Positions 1-13,492 of a stretch of DNA of 64,000 nucleotides are shown one piece after another. Each line of letters begins with the position of its first letter. The first letter of the stretch is position 1. Source of the stretch: Octopus vulgaris (Eukaryota); contig OX597829.1 of the NCBI GenBank assembly GCA_951406725.2, positions 8,122,001 through 8,186,000 on the forward strand. The letters run 5' to 3'. A program made the translations under genes and the position numbers. The notes beneath the pieces were generated by a model, which did no database searches, was not told the DNA's origin, and worked only from the letters and a program-made list of their open reading frames with translations.

Positions 1-464
1 ACAAAGTAAAGCACAGTTATTCTCCCCACACACAACCCCTACGCATACACACATACACACACGAACACACACATACATATACACACACACTGCAAACAAA
101 ACACACACACATACTTCAAGCTACCAGTACCTTCCACTGACCATTCATCTACGCACATGGGTAGGTAGAGACACAACAAGCAGCCACTCCTACTATGCAT
201 TCTTCCTATGACCTTAAGCGATACTAAACCCAACCACAACCACACACACACAGACACACGTGCTATTATTACACACACACACACAGACACGCGTGCTATC
301 ATTACACACACACACACACACACATACACATACACATACACACATAGACTTGCGTGCACGCACATATACACACACATACCACCTTCTCTTGCACTCTCCT
401 GTCTTTGAAAGAACTTTTTCTTCACCCATTCCCTTCCGGTCATTCAAAATGTGACCGCGTGTGT

Positions 465-650
465 AACGTTAGCGATTTTTCCTTCCGTCTTCCTTTCCTT
501 GGATCTTTCCTTTTCCTACGTTTCTGACGAAGAGCTCCGCTCGAAACGTTAAATCCTCCTTCTTTCTTTCCTGAGCGTCCAATAACGCTATACATGTTCC
601 ACGTCCTCAATTTGTGTTTTCTTTTTGTGTTTTCATGTTTGAATTAACTA
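465..650 (+). mobile_element. Short (about 190 bp) non-autonomous PLE-type/pLTR-like element carrying a hammerhead
   Basis: Pyrimidine-rich body, HHR at 521-553, a TTCCTGAGCGTC motif resembling the elements at 26175-26370, 47325-47510 and 49415-49520; ends in (TA)/(CA) microsatellite. Confidence 0.55.
521..553 (+). ncRNA. Minimal type I hammerhead ribozyme
   Basis: TTT-CTGACGA-A-GAGC(tcc)GCTC-GAAACGTT-AAA: canonical core, 4-bp stem II, palindromic ACGT stem III, TTT/AAA stem I. Confidence 0.75.
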
Positions 651-1191
651 TACACACACACACACATATATATATATTTATAGTTGAGGTGTGTTCCGTT
701 AAGAACGTATTAGAGTACAAAAAGAACTCTTTCAACGATAGTATCGAAAAAAATAGTGATCACCAAAAAGGTGCCTAACCGTATTTACTCTTCCTTTCAA
801 CTCTTTGACTCTTTACTTTACACACACACACACAATTAAAAAAAACTACTGGTAGTTTCATGTTGTAAAGATACTATGTTTTGGCAGATGTATGTATACA
901 ACATTCCATGTGTTTCCAAGCAATCAGTTCTTCAAGCTCAGTGCATTCCGTTAATCCTATTTTTGTCAGCCTAGAGGACACCACTCTCTCAACCGATTGA
1001 ATAGTTATTTTATAGACTTTGCCTTCGCTCCATTATATTATTCTACATCAGCTAGATTAATAATGATTTCTACAAACGAATGGCTTAAGCTCTTGGTTTT
1101 TTTCTTTTCTTTTCTTTCTTCTCGTTCCATTTCTTGCATCAACTTTCTTTTGTTTTTGTTTGTTTTTCTATCGTATTTTCTCATACATCAG

Positions 1192-1251
1192 CGTTCTGAT
1201 TTTCAGACAGGTCTAACGATATGCACCGAGCCTGAAGGATTGCGTGGAGAC
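1192..1251 (+). CDS. Candidate 60-nt exon of unidentified host gene (RSDFQTGLTICTEPEGLRGD in phase 0)
   Basis: About 90-nt polypyrimidine tract ending CATCAG, open frame, GTATGG donor; alternative acceptor TTTCAG at 1206; no recognisable homology. Confidence 0.25.
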
Positions 1252-1628
1252 GTATGGCATGTTATATAAATCTGTCAATTTATTGTATCTCTACGGGATG
1301 AAACTATAAGTAATTTTTAAAAATTCCATGTGTATTAAATGATATTTACTTCTTACTGAATGGTGTGTTTTTTTTTCTTGGTCTTACCGTTACGGAACAT
1401 TAAACTAAACACACACTCACATTCATATATCGTTCTACATGTGGGAATGTCTGTGTGTTTATATTTGTGCCATTTGAAACTGATGCTGTTTTATGTACTA
1501 CAACCTAGTAGTTCAACAAATGTAACTGATAAAATATAAACAAGCATTGTGGTCGATATGTTCAACTAAACCCAAGAATCATAACCGCAACACAACAACC
1601 TATAAAGGACTAAATGACTAACCATATC

Positions 1629-2589
1629 GGTTAATATCTAGATCCGCACCCGGTGGGAAAAATGGAAACGAAAATGTGTAACAGTTGTAAGGCATCGTAT
1701 ATTGACGAAATAAGACGGAAAAAAAGCGCGCTGACAAACGGGGGGGGGGTTGGGTTGGGGGGAGGGGGCTCGGGAAATTCCCAGGATCAACCGTCGAGGA
1801 TCCACGCCCAGGTGGCAAAAATGGAAAAAAATATGTGTAACAGGTGTAAGGCACCGTATATTGAAGGAATATGACGAAAAAAAAGCGCGCTGACAAACGG
1901 GGGGGGGGGTTGGGTTGGGGGGAGGGGGCTCGGGAAATTCCCAGGATCAACCGTCGAGGATCCACGCCCAGGTGGCAAAAATGGAAAAAAATATGTGTAA
2001 CAGGTGTAAGGCACCGTATATTGAAGGAATATGACGAAAAAAAAGCGCGCTGACAAACGGGCGGGGGGGGGGGGAAGGGGGCTCGGAAAATTGCCTACGA
2101 TTTAAAGAAAAATTTACCATCAATTTTCACCATTTTAAACGCATTTCACACACATAGCCCAATATCATAATTCAAAACTAACGCAGCGAAAATTTTGAAA
2201 AGTTCCCCCAGTTCTGAAAAAAAATCGATAAATTCGACATGGGGTCGCGAATCAGAAACACAATGGTGAAAATTGATGGTAAATTTTTCTTTAAATCGTA
2301 GGCAATTTTCCGAGCCCCCCCGTTTGTCAGCGCGCTTTTTTTTCGTCATATTCATTCAATATACGATGCCTTACACCTGTTACACATATTTTTTTCCATT
2401 TTTGCCACCTGGGCGTGGATCCTCTACGGTTGATCCTGGGAATTTCCCGAGCCCCCTCCCCCTCCAACCCAACCCCCCGTTTGTCAGCGCGCTTTTTTTC
2501 CGTCTTATTCCGTCAATATACGATGCCTTACAACTGTTACACATTTTCGTTTCCATTTTTCCAACCGGGTGCGGATCTAGATATTAACC
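1629..2589. mobile_element. Foldback-type non-autonomous DNA transposon with long modular TIRs
   Basis: Termini GGTTAATATCTAGATCCGCACCCGGT...ACCGGGTGCGGATCTAGATATTAACC; left arm 1629-2134 has three 160-bp units, right arm 2262-2589 has two inverted units; about 127-bp spacer; no clear TSD. Confidence 0.85.
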
Positions 2590-3144
2590 TAAATATCTAT
2601 ATGTATGTGTGTGCACGTGTATATGTATGTACACACGCACGCACACACACACACACAGACAAACATACGAACACACATGTATGTATAATTTATTTTTGGA
2701 ATAGTATATCTCGAAGACCACACACATACAGATATAAATAACAGCATGTAAATATTGGGTTGAAAATCTTTCTGGGATAGTAAAATCCGAAGGCTGCCCC
2801 TGGGATTCGAACTCCTGTAGATCTTTTCTATTCAAAAGAGCTTTTTAGTCTAATATTTACATGAGTAATAATGCAGAGCGAATAATGAATTTACGAATGA
2901 CAAAAGAACAGGAGTTATGTAATCACTTTCAGTAGCTTACTGTTGTTTCTGCTCCGAGAAGCATTGCAATTAGATCTGAGTGGTGGGGCGACATCTTTTA
3001 GTAGAAGTAAACAAAGTTGAAGTAGTTGTCTATCAAAATAACTATGTAACATTTTAATGCATACACAATGCTGATATTTGTCCTGGGATAATATTTCATA
3101 CAGTCTTGCCGTGTTAAAGCACAATATATATCAGAGAAGGAGGA

Positions 3145-3213
<69 letters not shown>

Positions 3214-3251
3214 AAATAGAGTGAGAGGAGGAAGAAGATGAAAAACGACCA

Positions 3252-3308
3252 GCGACAACTCCAGATACATTTCGGCCTTATGAAACTTTTTCAGTGGCGT
3301 GAAGTCGC
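3252..3308 (-). ncRNA. Decayed hammerhead ribozyme
   Basis: Minus strand GCGAC..ACGCCA-CTGAAAA-AGTTTCATAAGGCC-GAAATGTATC-TGGAGT.GTCGC; extended stem I retained; GAAATGTATC is consistent with CpG decay of GAAACGCGTC. Confidence 0.45.
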
Positions 3309-3396
3309 AGCTTCTATTGCGTATACCGGATTTTAGTTAGCTGGGCAGCTATTGATAACACGAATAAACGTTTTATTCACTTTTTTCCTATATCAG

Positions 3397-3435
3397 AAAC
3401 GACGAAACCACTTTTTAGCATGCGGCTGGCTGCGA
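3397..3435 (+). CDS. Candidate 39-nt exon of unidentified host gene
   Basis: Acceptor TTTATTCACTTTTTTCCTATATCAG, donor GA|GTAAGC; length is a multiple of 3; open in phase 0 (KRRNHFLACGWLR) and phase 1 (ETTKPLFSMRLAA). Confidence 0.35.
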
Positions 3436-4123
3436 GTAAGCACTCCTGAAAAACCCAAAAGGCCGAAATGCATTCGGCGCTCAAGCTGGCTTCTGCAGGG
3501 ACAAATTTTCGTCTCTCTCTGATACTTATTGTGCTTTTAATCTAAGAAGTCCATAAAAATTGTTATCTCAGGACATTGTGTCTACATTAGCATTCTCTCT
3601 CCCCTTTCTCTCTTCCCCCCTCTCTCTCTCTTTCTGTATATATATGTATATATATATATAGTTACGAATGTGTTTTGTTTGGAAAGTAAAAGGTAGATTT
3701 CCATTCAGACATATTGATTCGAACGTAAATCTACAGGATTCCCTTTCCGTGTACCACAGCACTTCCTCACGGAGAGACATTCAATACATGGCCGATTCAA
3801 GGCGATTTATGTGTTCTTCACTTGACCCTCCTCTGCAAACAATAGTTGACAGGAGATAAGGAAGTTACCTACAACACTTCCCATTGCTTTCAGAGCGGTA
3901 TGTCCCTCTTTCTTGCCGTGTTACGATAGTTATAAATACAGATGGTCAGTTAGTGAAGGGAGCTTGACGAAATGACCAGGGCAAGATGACTAATGTTTAT
4001 CACAAGCTCATTTTAGAATGACAAGTGTCATTCTGTTTTTTCTAGAACGGCTGCTGAGATGACGGACAGAACGTTGGCATCATTCTGCCCTTCTCTATTT
4101 CGCTGTCTCTATTACCTTTTAAG

Positions 4124-4162
4124 GGTCTGTTACTACTAACAACAGTAAACAAGAGGAAAACG
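4124..4162 (+). CDS. Candidate 39-nt exon of unidentified host gene
   Basis: Long pyrimidine tract ...ATTACCTTTTAAG, donor CG|GTAAGA; open in phase 1 (xSVTTNNSKQEEN) and phase 0. Confidence 0.35.
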
Positions 4163-4393
4163 GTAAGAGTGACCTCCCTTTTGTGTTGATCGCCTTTCGA
4201 GGCTTCACAATGAACCAAAGAACTCCACCTGTCTTCAAGAACTGATATGCATATTCAACTATTTGTTATAGTTCTGCGCTTGAACTCTGATATTTTATGA
4301 CGGCTTTTTCTTTTGGGACTCAAATGACTCAGCAAATGATTATAACTAAAAGATTTCATGCTTTGTCAGTAACAATATATATCTATATATCTA

Positions 4394-4534
<141 letters not shown>

Positions 4535-4702
4535 TTAGGGTAGAAATGATTTATCAATTAAGACCAGCTGATTTGGGTGTTTTATGCCACTCATCTTTAC
4601 TAAATATATAATTTAATCTAAAATCGGGTTTATTATTGTTTCCATGCTTTGTCTGAACCGTAACAATATATATCTATATATCTATATCTATCTATCTATC
4701 TA

Positions 4703-4754
<52 letters not shown>

Positions 4755-4757
<3 letters not shown>

Positions 4758-5068
4758 TATAGCCTCGGGCTGACCAAAGCCTTGTGAGTAGATTTGGTAG
4801 ATGGAAACTGAAAGAAGCCTGTCGTATATATGCATATAGATATATGTGTGTGTGTTTGTGTGTCTGCGTTTGTCCCTCCCCCAATATCGCTTGACAACCT
4901 ATGCTAGTGTGTTTACGTCCCCGTAACTTAGCGGTTCGGCAAAAGATGCCGATATAATAAGTACTAGGCTTACAAAGAATAAATCCTGGAGTCGATTTGC
5001 TCGACTAAAGGCGGTGCTCCAGTATGGTCGCAGTCAAATGACAAACAAGTAAAAGAGTAAAAGAGATA
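4755..5068 (+). mobile_element. tRNA-derived SINE, 5'-truncated (family also at 16886, 28033, 51818, 62770, 63340)
   Basis: TACTATAGCCTCGGGCTGACCAAAGCCTTGTGAGT... through tail GGCGGTGCTCCAGTATGGTCGCAGTC...AAGTAAAAGAG; multiple copies in window. Confidence 0.8.
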
Positions 5069-5346
5069 TATGTATGTGTATGTATGTATATATATTGTAT
5101 CCCTCTCTTTCTCTCTCTACCCCTCTCTCTCCCTGTCTCCCCTCTCTCTCCCTCTCCTCTCTCTCTCCCTCTCCCCCCTCTCTCTATATATATATCCATA
5201 TATATATACATTCACTAATTTATTAGTCATGATTAACAAAAGCGAACCCGGTTGATTATGTAAATATTTTATCTCCTAAAAAATATGCATTCTGTGCATT
5301 TTCCTTCTTTTTATTTCATTTTTTTCTTTATATAAATATAAAGTAA

Positions 5347-5645
5347 GGGCGCATGGCCTGGTGGTTAGGGTGTTGTACTTACGATCGCGAGGTCATGATT
5401 TCAATTCATTGACCCGGTGGTGTGTTGCGTTCTTGAGCAAAACACTTCATCTCACGTTGCTCTACGATCACCTCCACACCTGACACGTGGTACACCATGC
5501 ACCTGTTCAGACAACGTTGATTTGATGAAGAGAATGAGATAATGTACAACACATACATGTGATCTCAAAAAACAAATCATTTGTGCAGGTCGTTCGGCAC
5601 AAAGCTAAATTTCCATACGTCATCTACGGGAGAAGAGTCCATCGC
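5347..5645 (+). mobile_element. tRNA-derived SINE (second family)
   Basis: A-box-like TGGCCTGGTGGTTAGG, B-box-like GATTTCAATTC, followed by TTCTTGAGCAAAACACTT central motif. Confidence 0.6.
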
Positions 5646-5719
5646 ACGCGCATACACAGATGCACAAACACAAAACCATGTATGTATGGATAGATGGATA
5701 TATGTAATACTTGTAGGGT

Positions 5720-7700
5720 CTTATAGCCAGTATAAAATAATTTAGATAAGTGTTTTGAAATAATATAGACGTTTAATCTCTTTGCTTTTTGTGAATTTGT
5801 GTGCTTCTAGAATTCATCTTAGAGTCCTTAATGAGCATAAGTAAATTTTGAATAATGGTGCCTCATTGTTTCTAGAGTTGTGTTTCAAAATATAGAATAG
5901 TATTTGGGGCGTGTAATTTCCTTTTGTTTCCCTTACTATTTTGATATATTTTTTTTCTCCGCACGTTTAATCCCTTTATCTATTAGTGAGGGTGGATAGT
6001 GTCTCTCAACTGGTGCGGTTTTATGGTCTTGAAGTCGAAGGTCCGAGCAGACACAATTGTCCAAATCCTTTTCGCTAAATTAAAGGGAATATTTATTTTA
6101 ATGTGTTACACGTTGCATGAGTTAAACAAACGGTATTGATTCGTGTCTGTGGGCATATAATAGATATCGGTTTTAATTTTATATTTTTGTTATTAATATA
6201 TCAACGAATAGGATTTGCTCTTTGCTGCACTCCATTTTAAAATTAAAAATTTTGATTTATACCGTTGAACAGTGATTTAAATTCAAAAACTTTATCAATA
6301 TTCCCTTTCAAAACGATAAACAATCATCCAGATATCTTTTCCAGTTGGTATAACGAGCATCCATATTTCTGTAGTAATACTTGATATATAGTTAATTCTA
6401 AAAATATTACTATTAGGTTCCCATTGCAATTCCACTCTTACCAAAAGTATCAAATAAGTTGTTAGTGTCGAATAAAAAGTAATTTTAAAGCTCCCATTAT
6501 AAACTCCTGATTCACGCACTCTGGAAGTTCTCCTGGATAGTTTTCAAGCCATAATTTAACTGCTTCTATTCCATAGTATTGTGGGATATTAGCGTGCAGA
6601 TTCACAACATCAAAAGAAACCAAGGTTGCCTCTTCATTCGTTGTTTTTGGTAGGTGGTTTAACATATCTAGAACATCTCTACTGAAGCTTTTCATATATT
6701 TCAAAAAGGGTTTCAGAAAGATATCGAGACAATTGCTTAATCAGTAACCTTCACACGCTCGGCCCACTATAATGGGTTTTAATTTCAAATCGTGTGGTGC
6801 TTGGTTATTAACGTAAATGCTTGCTGATTGTTTGCAGGTTTCTTTAATTATCTGGCACTTGTAGATTTTAGGTAAACCATTGAAAAGATTAGGTTTGCAT
6901 TCAAACTTTGTGATATAATTGTTTTGTCAGATCCTTTCCATGTCGGTGAATTAAGGAAGCAAGATTTTTCCTTATTTTTTATTGTTTATGCTTTTTTAAC
7001 CTTTTCACGGGAGGTATCAGCTTCTAGCATGGACATTATTTGTTTTTAGTGTCCATCAGAACTCCAGCACTTCTTTTGTCGGCTTCTTTGATTGTCAACT
7101 CTTTATCGTTTTGCTGTTCAAAGAAAATTTTCCATTCGATATTTCTGAGGTGTGAGTTGATTTTTGCTTGTGTAAAGTATTATTCGTGAAATTCAGGATA
7201 TGGCCAGAAAAGCCATCGATTATTTTAGTCTTACCTTTACGTGCAAGATAATTCTTTTTGTATTTGACCAGTGATCCATTCTCATGTTGTAAGTCGCAAT
7301 TTTCAGCAAAATTCCGCAATATTTTCTTTGATTTCATTCTGATTAGATCTGCGTAGGGTTGGGGTAAATTTTAGTCTTTTAACTTATATGTTGATTTTTG
7401 TTGTTGAGAAAGTTTTCTTTGATAAGTTTATTACTTTGGGTTTTTCCTGTATGTTTTGTTCCATGTGTCCCTGTTTCTCTGGACTGGGTCTAGAAAAAGT
7501 TTGTTGTAAATACGTTGATGTAAAGTGTCAGTGTTACTAATGACATTTGAATTGTTAGAAGGCTGGTTTTCCTCTCCGAACATATTGATTGTAATTACGT
7601 CTTTTGAGTTTTTTCGTTGAGGGTTAAATTTATTTCCCGGTATATTTTTAATGCTCTTATAAACCATCTAATCTCTATTTTCCTTTTCCTTAGCACTAGT
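5720..7700 (-). mobile_element. Decayed Penelope-like retroelement (RT remnant), related to the element at 20197-22092
   Basis: ORF 6462-6704 RDVLDMLNHLP..LVSFDVVNLHANIP..AVKLWLENYP..EFIMGALK aligns by eye with RDDLDLLHQLP..IVSFDVINLYTTIP..VIKFWLDKY..EFIIEGLK; GLPKIYK at about 6860-6880; many stops and frameshifts. Confidence 0.85.
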
Positions 7701-7858
7701 TTCTCCTTTAGGTGTCTTTGCTATTTGGGCTCTTTTGGAACTGGGTTTAAAATATATATACACTCTGTGTATATTCTTTCTTTAATTTCATTTTTTCTAC
7801 AACTCACCTCGAGAGGAAAAATATCTCTCCAATGAAGCTTTTCACTATATATATACAG

Positions 7859-7921
<63 letters not shown>

Positions 7922-7965
7922 ATGCATACATACATACATGCGTATATAAATACATACATACATAC

Positions 7966-10830
7966 AAGCATCATTATACGCTTACCCAACAAAACGTGAA
8001 GAAGGCGATAGAAACTTGGAGATAGCAAAAAGAGGACACTCACTTATAAACTGATTAACCTTAAACAGGAGATAAAAGCTGTCAGTGAGAAACTCAGACA
8101 CCAGAAGAGAATAACCGAGAGAAAAACAAGGACCAGGCAGCAGTGTACAGAGACATGGGAGGAGAAGCAGTGAACATCACAGAAGCTCCTTCACGAGAAG
8201 AAATAGATTCGTTCTGAAGGAAAATCTGGAACGAAGAGAAGGCGTTAAACCAAGATGCTGTGTGACTGGATGAAATTCGAAGAAGTTATTGTTCCTACAT
8301 TATACTCAAGAAATGCAGCATTGATGGTAATATCCTTGTGATTGTAATCCAGAAATTTCAGGATGGAAAAGCACCTGGAAGAGACTTGATTGTTGGATAC
8401 TGGCACAAGAAGCTAAACTTCTACCGACCATATCTTATCAACCTGTACCATCAAGTTCTCAATGGGAACAATAGCATACCACACTGGTTAGCTCTAACAG
8501 AGACAAAACTGATCTCCAAATGCAGAACCACCCACATGGCAAGAAATACTCGGCCAATTGCATGCCAGAACGTAATGTATAAGATATATACAGCATGCTT
8601 AAACCTTTTCCTTCAAGACCATTGTAAAACCAATAACATCATCACAGCAGAACAAACATCTGGCAAGAAGGGAGTCTGGAGATGTGCCGAGCAACTGTTA
8701 AACAAAACTGTATTGTTTGAGGTGCGGGAGTATAGCAGGAACCCCATTTCTATGTGGCTAGACTACAAAAAAGCCTTTGCCTCTGTCCTCCACTCATGGA
8801 TGCTAGAAGCCTTTCAACTTGCTAAAGTTTCAGTAAGCATAGTCAAAGCTATAGCTGACTTGACTCCATCGTGTGTCACCATTTTGAAGTTATATACAAG
8901 AAGTGACTTATTTTATTACTGATAGAACACAGATGCACAAACAGAGGTATTTTCCAAGGGGACAGCCTCTCTGTGATGTAGCTTGTACTTTCTGTAAACC
9001 CCTTGTCATTCACGTTAAAGAGGTTTGAAGGATATCTCACTGGTTCATTAAGAAACAGAAATATCAAAATTACACATTGTTTCTTTGTGGATAACTATAT
9101 GCAAAGAATATGCATGAGATGAAAAAGAGCCTTGGCCTCGCTACAATATTCTCAAAGGATGTAAGATTGGAGTTTGGTCAGGATAAATGTTGCTAAACGT
9201 TTGTGAAAAGAGGGGAAGCTGTAGACCAGACAAACAATATCTTCATCAATGATTCGTCTGTTTCCCCTTTATCTGACGAAGAATGTTGCAGGTGCCTTGG
9301 GGTAGGTGAAAACATATCTTACAATGGCACCTGTAACAAAATACGTGTCACTAAAGAATATTACAACTGAATAAAGAAAATATAGACCTCGGAACCCTCT
9401 GCGTTCAATAAAACTGTCGCCCACAATGTGTTTGCAGTGCCAATACTCGTACCAATATTTGGACTACTTGATTGGATTCTTGATGAAATCCGAGCCATTG
9501 ATGTAAAAACACAGAAGATACTAACAAGCACACATAATTTCCACATCAACAGTGACGTAGACCGCCTCTACCTAAAACGAAAACAGAGGTTTAACATCAG
9601 TTTAGACTGCCTTTGAATGTTGCATCATATCCCTTCGGCAATATCTTTTAACCACCAAGTGTCGAAGTGCATCCCTTGACCAAGTTTGATACATGAGGCT
9701 GATAGCATCATAAGACTTGCTCCTTGAGCAACATTCCTTGTTTGATAACCTAGAATACATGCACAGGGAAGTCGCACAACTCTACCGCAAAGTATCATCA
9801 GCTGAAAGGATGAGCGTATATCAGCAGAAGTAGTAGGCTTCGGGATGATAGTAACATTGATCATCAAAGTTGTGTATCATAGACCAACAATCGGATTGCT
9901 ACCTCCCACTTTGAAGGATATGTGTTTGTAATCCAAGAACAAGAAATATCAACCAAATACCTGATGCACAAAAGGAATAGAGATGCAGGAAAAGCAGTAA
10001 AATATGATAATCGATGCAAACTTTGTGTAATTAACACTGAAGATATCAGCCACAAAATAAGCAGTTGTCCGAAAATGTCATCACGGTATTATCTACCAAT
10101 GAAACATGACGTTGTAGCTAGGACACAGTATAATGAGATTCATGGAAAGGATAAAACCGAGGCCAGAGAAATATGAACCTATAGGATAGTGAAAGCCATA
10201 GTCACTCATGATAAAAAGGAGTACTGGTTGAATGTCCTAGAGAAAACCTTAATAAAATGTAAACATAATAGACCTGACATAGTAATTTGGGATAAGGAAG
10301 AGAAACTGTACAGTTGTGAAAAGCAGCTGCCCGTGGGTGTTAACATAAAGCTAAAGATCAGCGAAAAAGAGAATACCTACCCTGAACTATTGAGAAATCT
10401 ATGGCTACTCTATCCAGATTACAAGTTCAGGCTTATACCTTTAATTATTGGGGCACTAGGATATGTAACACACTGCTTAAATACCAATCTTGAGAAATTA
10501 GACTTCTCAAACCGGAAAGGTGAAAGCTGATTCCAAGACTACAGGTCCAGTCCATCACTGGAACTGTAAAATCCGTAATGCTTTCCATAAATTTATCATT
10601 TAAGTATATATGAGCAGCATAACTAGACACGCAAGTATATGCATGAGAAGACATACACAAAACAAAACATACAAATCTGCACGTATACATACATACATAC
10701 ATACATACAAAAATCCCCTGTAGTTAATGTTTAAATTCCAATGAAGGAGCCTTCGATCAAGGTTAGAAACCGGCTCTCTCTCAATCGGCAAGAAATTTTG
10801 ACATATAACTTAAAATGACATACAGGCATA
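7966..10830 (+). mobile_element. Decayed non-LTR retrotransposon, R4/Dong-type (RT, CCHC, restriction-like endonuclease), 5'-truncated
   Basis: KAPGRDLI, RPIACQNVMYK, WLDYKKAFASV, RGIFQGDSLS, CKLC..EDISHKISSC..HD, NRPDIVIWDK, PLIIGALG; flanked on both sides by (TACA)n. Confidence 0.88.
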
Positions 10831-10888
10831 CATACATACATGCTTACATACATGTGTATATGTATGTATGTGTATATATATGCATATG

Positions 10889-10971
<83 letters not shown>

Positions 10972-12985
10972 AATATATATAAATATGGATTGGTAGATAG
11001 GTAGGTAAATAGATAGATAGATAGCTGTCGTTTGTCATACGAATAATTATTTCCAAATTCTTTCCATAGTTAGAACCTTGTATACAAAGACAAGCAGAAT
11101 AAGCAATGCGAAATGTTCGTTACAGTGGACGACGCTCAATTGTTCTAAAGTGTTTTTAAATGATCGACATTTAAAAAACAAATAGTTCAGTAAAGAACTA
11201 CACACTTTGCTGTCACTATATCCATGAACTAATATACCTATTGACGAAACTACCTCCACTTTGACTGCCAGGTACAGTTCTTAGTATATCACATGTGTGT
11301 GGTGGTGGTGGTGGTGGTGGGCGTTATACATCTGCACAGCTTCATTTCTCCCACTGTCTCCGCTATCCCATTCCCACTTGTAAACACTTTCTGTCTTTCT
11401 CATCTTGACTCTCCCTGCAGCTTACCATTTGACAGCATAACGTAAAAATTATTTCCATATTCTTGCATCTCACTTCATCCCACTCCGATAAACACTCTAC
11501 CTCTCTGTTTTCCTCTTCAATTAATTAATCCGAGCGTAACATACGCAGATACTCTAACATATTAATATTATAGATAATAGTTGCAATAGGCTTAAATTAG
11601 TTAAAATGTTTGCTTAAATGTGTTTAGTTTTAACAGCACGCTGACGTGCCATGTTATGTTCAAGAAAGAGAGGCTTTAGGGGACGCTTTTGAGGGTTTGT
11701 ACAGGGTTTGCATCAAGCAAACAAACATGTTTTCCATACAATAATTCTTCATTGCATAAAATGTTTAGAATCTCAAACTTTGTCTAGCACGGCTACAAGG
11801 AATCTCATAGACTAAAAGCCGAAAGCAATCTTCGGAATTTTGGTGGAGTTATTAAAATTGTTGGCAAACTTTGATCCTGTAACGAAATAATATCTCTGTA
11901 ATGTGGAAAAGAAACTTGGAAGAATATCATATCTATTTCCGTTATTCAAATGATGGATTCTACTGATTCTGTTTGCCAGAATTTCCTACATAGAACTTAC
12001 AAGACCAAAAGTCTTGGCCTCATGTTTGATTCTATTCCAGATTAAATACGTCAAAAGAAAGTCAGAAATATTTTGTTATGTAGATACTGTTTCGAGGAGA
12101 AAACCATTATTATAAAACGGTTTTCTTGGATTTATTCAGTCATAACAAAAGAATGTTGAGAATACGATTGAAGTAATTTTTGAAACAACTTGTAAAAGAC
12201 AAATGCTATTACAAGTATGCAGTTATGACTGATTATATATATGATGCTCTAAAGAGAATGAAAATCTTGCGAAACTATTTTTGTAAACTGCAATAAATAT
12301 TTTTCAATTTGGTTGGAGCGCGAACGGCCCATTTGATGATGTAATATTTTTTCCGTGAAATTCAGTGGCTTTTATCAATTTTTTCCAGTTCAGTTTCAAG
12401 ATGAAGCTTAAAATCATTTATAAATTTGACCAAATATAAGATGCAAGCAAAGCATTTCTTTCAAAGTTCCTTACAATCATAATTATTTCATTTTAATAAA
12501 TGTTTACACGTATTTTATAGTTTGCGTCGTAAACGTTATCATTGTTTTATGCATATTTTGGTACTGTATTTTAAGTTTACATCTTCCATAGCCATAAAAT
12601 AAACTTTTCAATAGTATAACAGACTTATTATTACAAGCAACAAACTCAAGTACCGTAAAAGGAATAAGAATTATAAAACATTGACTTTATGAGCTCAATT
12701 TAGTGATTTGCGTAGAAAGCAATGAATTCTAATTAGGATCCTAGTTTAGTGATCAGCCCGACCATGGCTAGCCTGAAGATACAACAGTCTATTTCGCTAA
12801 AAAAACACTGAGAATACATATGAATATCACCATTCATCAGTCCATTGGTATAGAAATGTGTAGCATTATGCATAAGCAAGGACAACATCTTTTTGTGTTT
12901 GCATATAATTCTTTCTGAATCTGTATTATCCGAAACTAACTTTCCGTTAACATTGTAAAAGTAATGATTTTTATTTTAGTTTCAG

Positions 12986-13005
12986 AAAATATAAAAGAAA
13001 GAATC
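12986..13005 (+). CDS. Candidate microexon (20 nt, or 26 nt from alternative AG at 12979)
   Basis: TTTTATTTTAGTTTCAG acceptor and ATC|GTAAGT consensus donor within a repeat-poor island; ENIKERI if phase 1 to phase 0. Confidence 0.25.
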
Positions 13006-13277
13006 GTAAGTTTTTGATATTCATATATCTTACCCTTTTTTTTTTCATTTCTTGTTATTACTGCAATTTATTTAAACCCTGTATAAGTGCGAATAAATAA
13101 AACCAATTCCTTGATGTTTCGGTTTTCATACGTATTCTTTCATACGTATTGATTTCTTTAGATGAGAGGGAGTCTGTTACATCGACTCCTATATCGTACA
13201 TTAGAATTTTGGAAAAGTGAAAGGCAAATTCGATTTGGTGATATTTGAAGTAAGGCAGTAAAGAGATGTAACCAAAT

Positions 13278-13492
13278 ATCCTTTCTACTACAGGTAGAAA
13301 GCCTGAAATTCTGGGGGAGGAGACTAGTCAATTGCATTGACCCCAGTTCATGACTGGTACTTACTTTCTCGACCCCGAATGGATGGAAGGCAGAGTTGAC
13401 CTCGGGGGAGTTTGAACTTAGAACGTAATAGCGGACGAAATGCTCCTAAGTATTTTGCCCGGTGTGCTAACGATTCTGTCAGCTCGCAGCCA
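13278..13492 (-). mobile_element. tRNA-derived SINE (head shared with 35683-36278, different tail)
   Basis: Minus strand GCGAGCTGACAGAATCGTTAGCACACCGGGCAAAAT...TTCAAACT...GCCTTCCATCCATTCGGGGTCGAGAAAGTAAGTACCAG. Confidence 0.75.

Noticed and set aside
1657-2060. 160-bp tandem units, and the about 180-bp units at 35683-36278, as a CRISPR-like array
   Set aside because: No unique spacers and eukaryotic context; explained by foldback TIR modules and a SINE multimer
3444-3478. CTGAAAA..GGCCGAAATGCATTC resembling a decayed HHR
   Set aside because: No convincing stem II; overlaps candidate exon read-through
10741-10776. Hammerhead-like ATGAAGG-AGCCTT..AAGGTT-AGAAACCGGCT in the LINE 3' region
   Set aside because: Several core deviations and no stem I pairing
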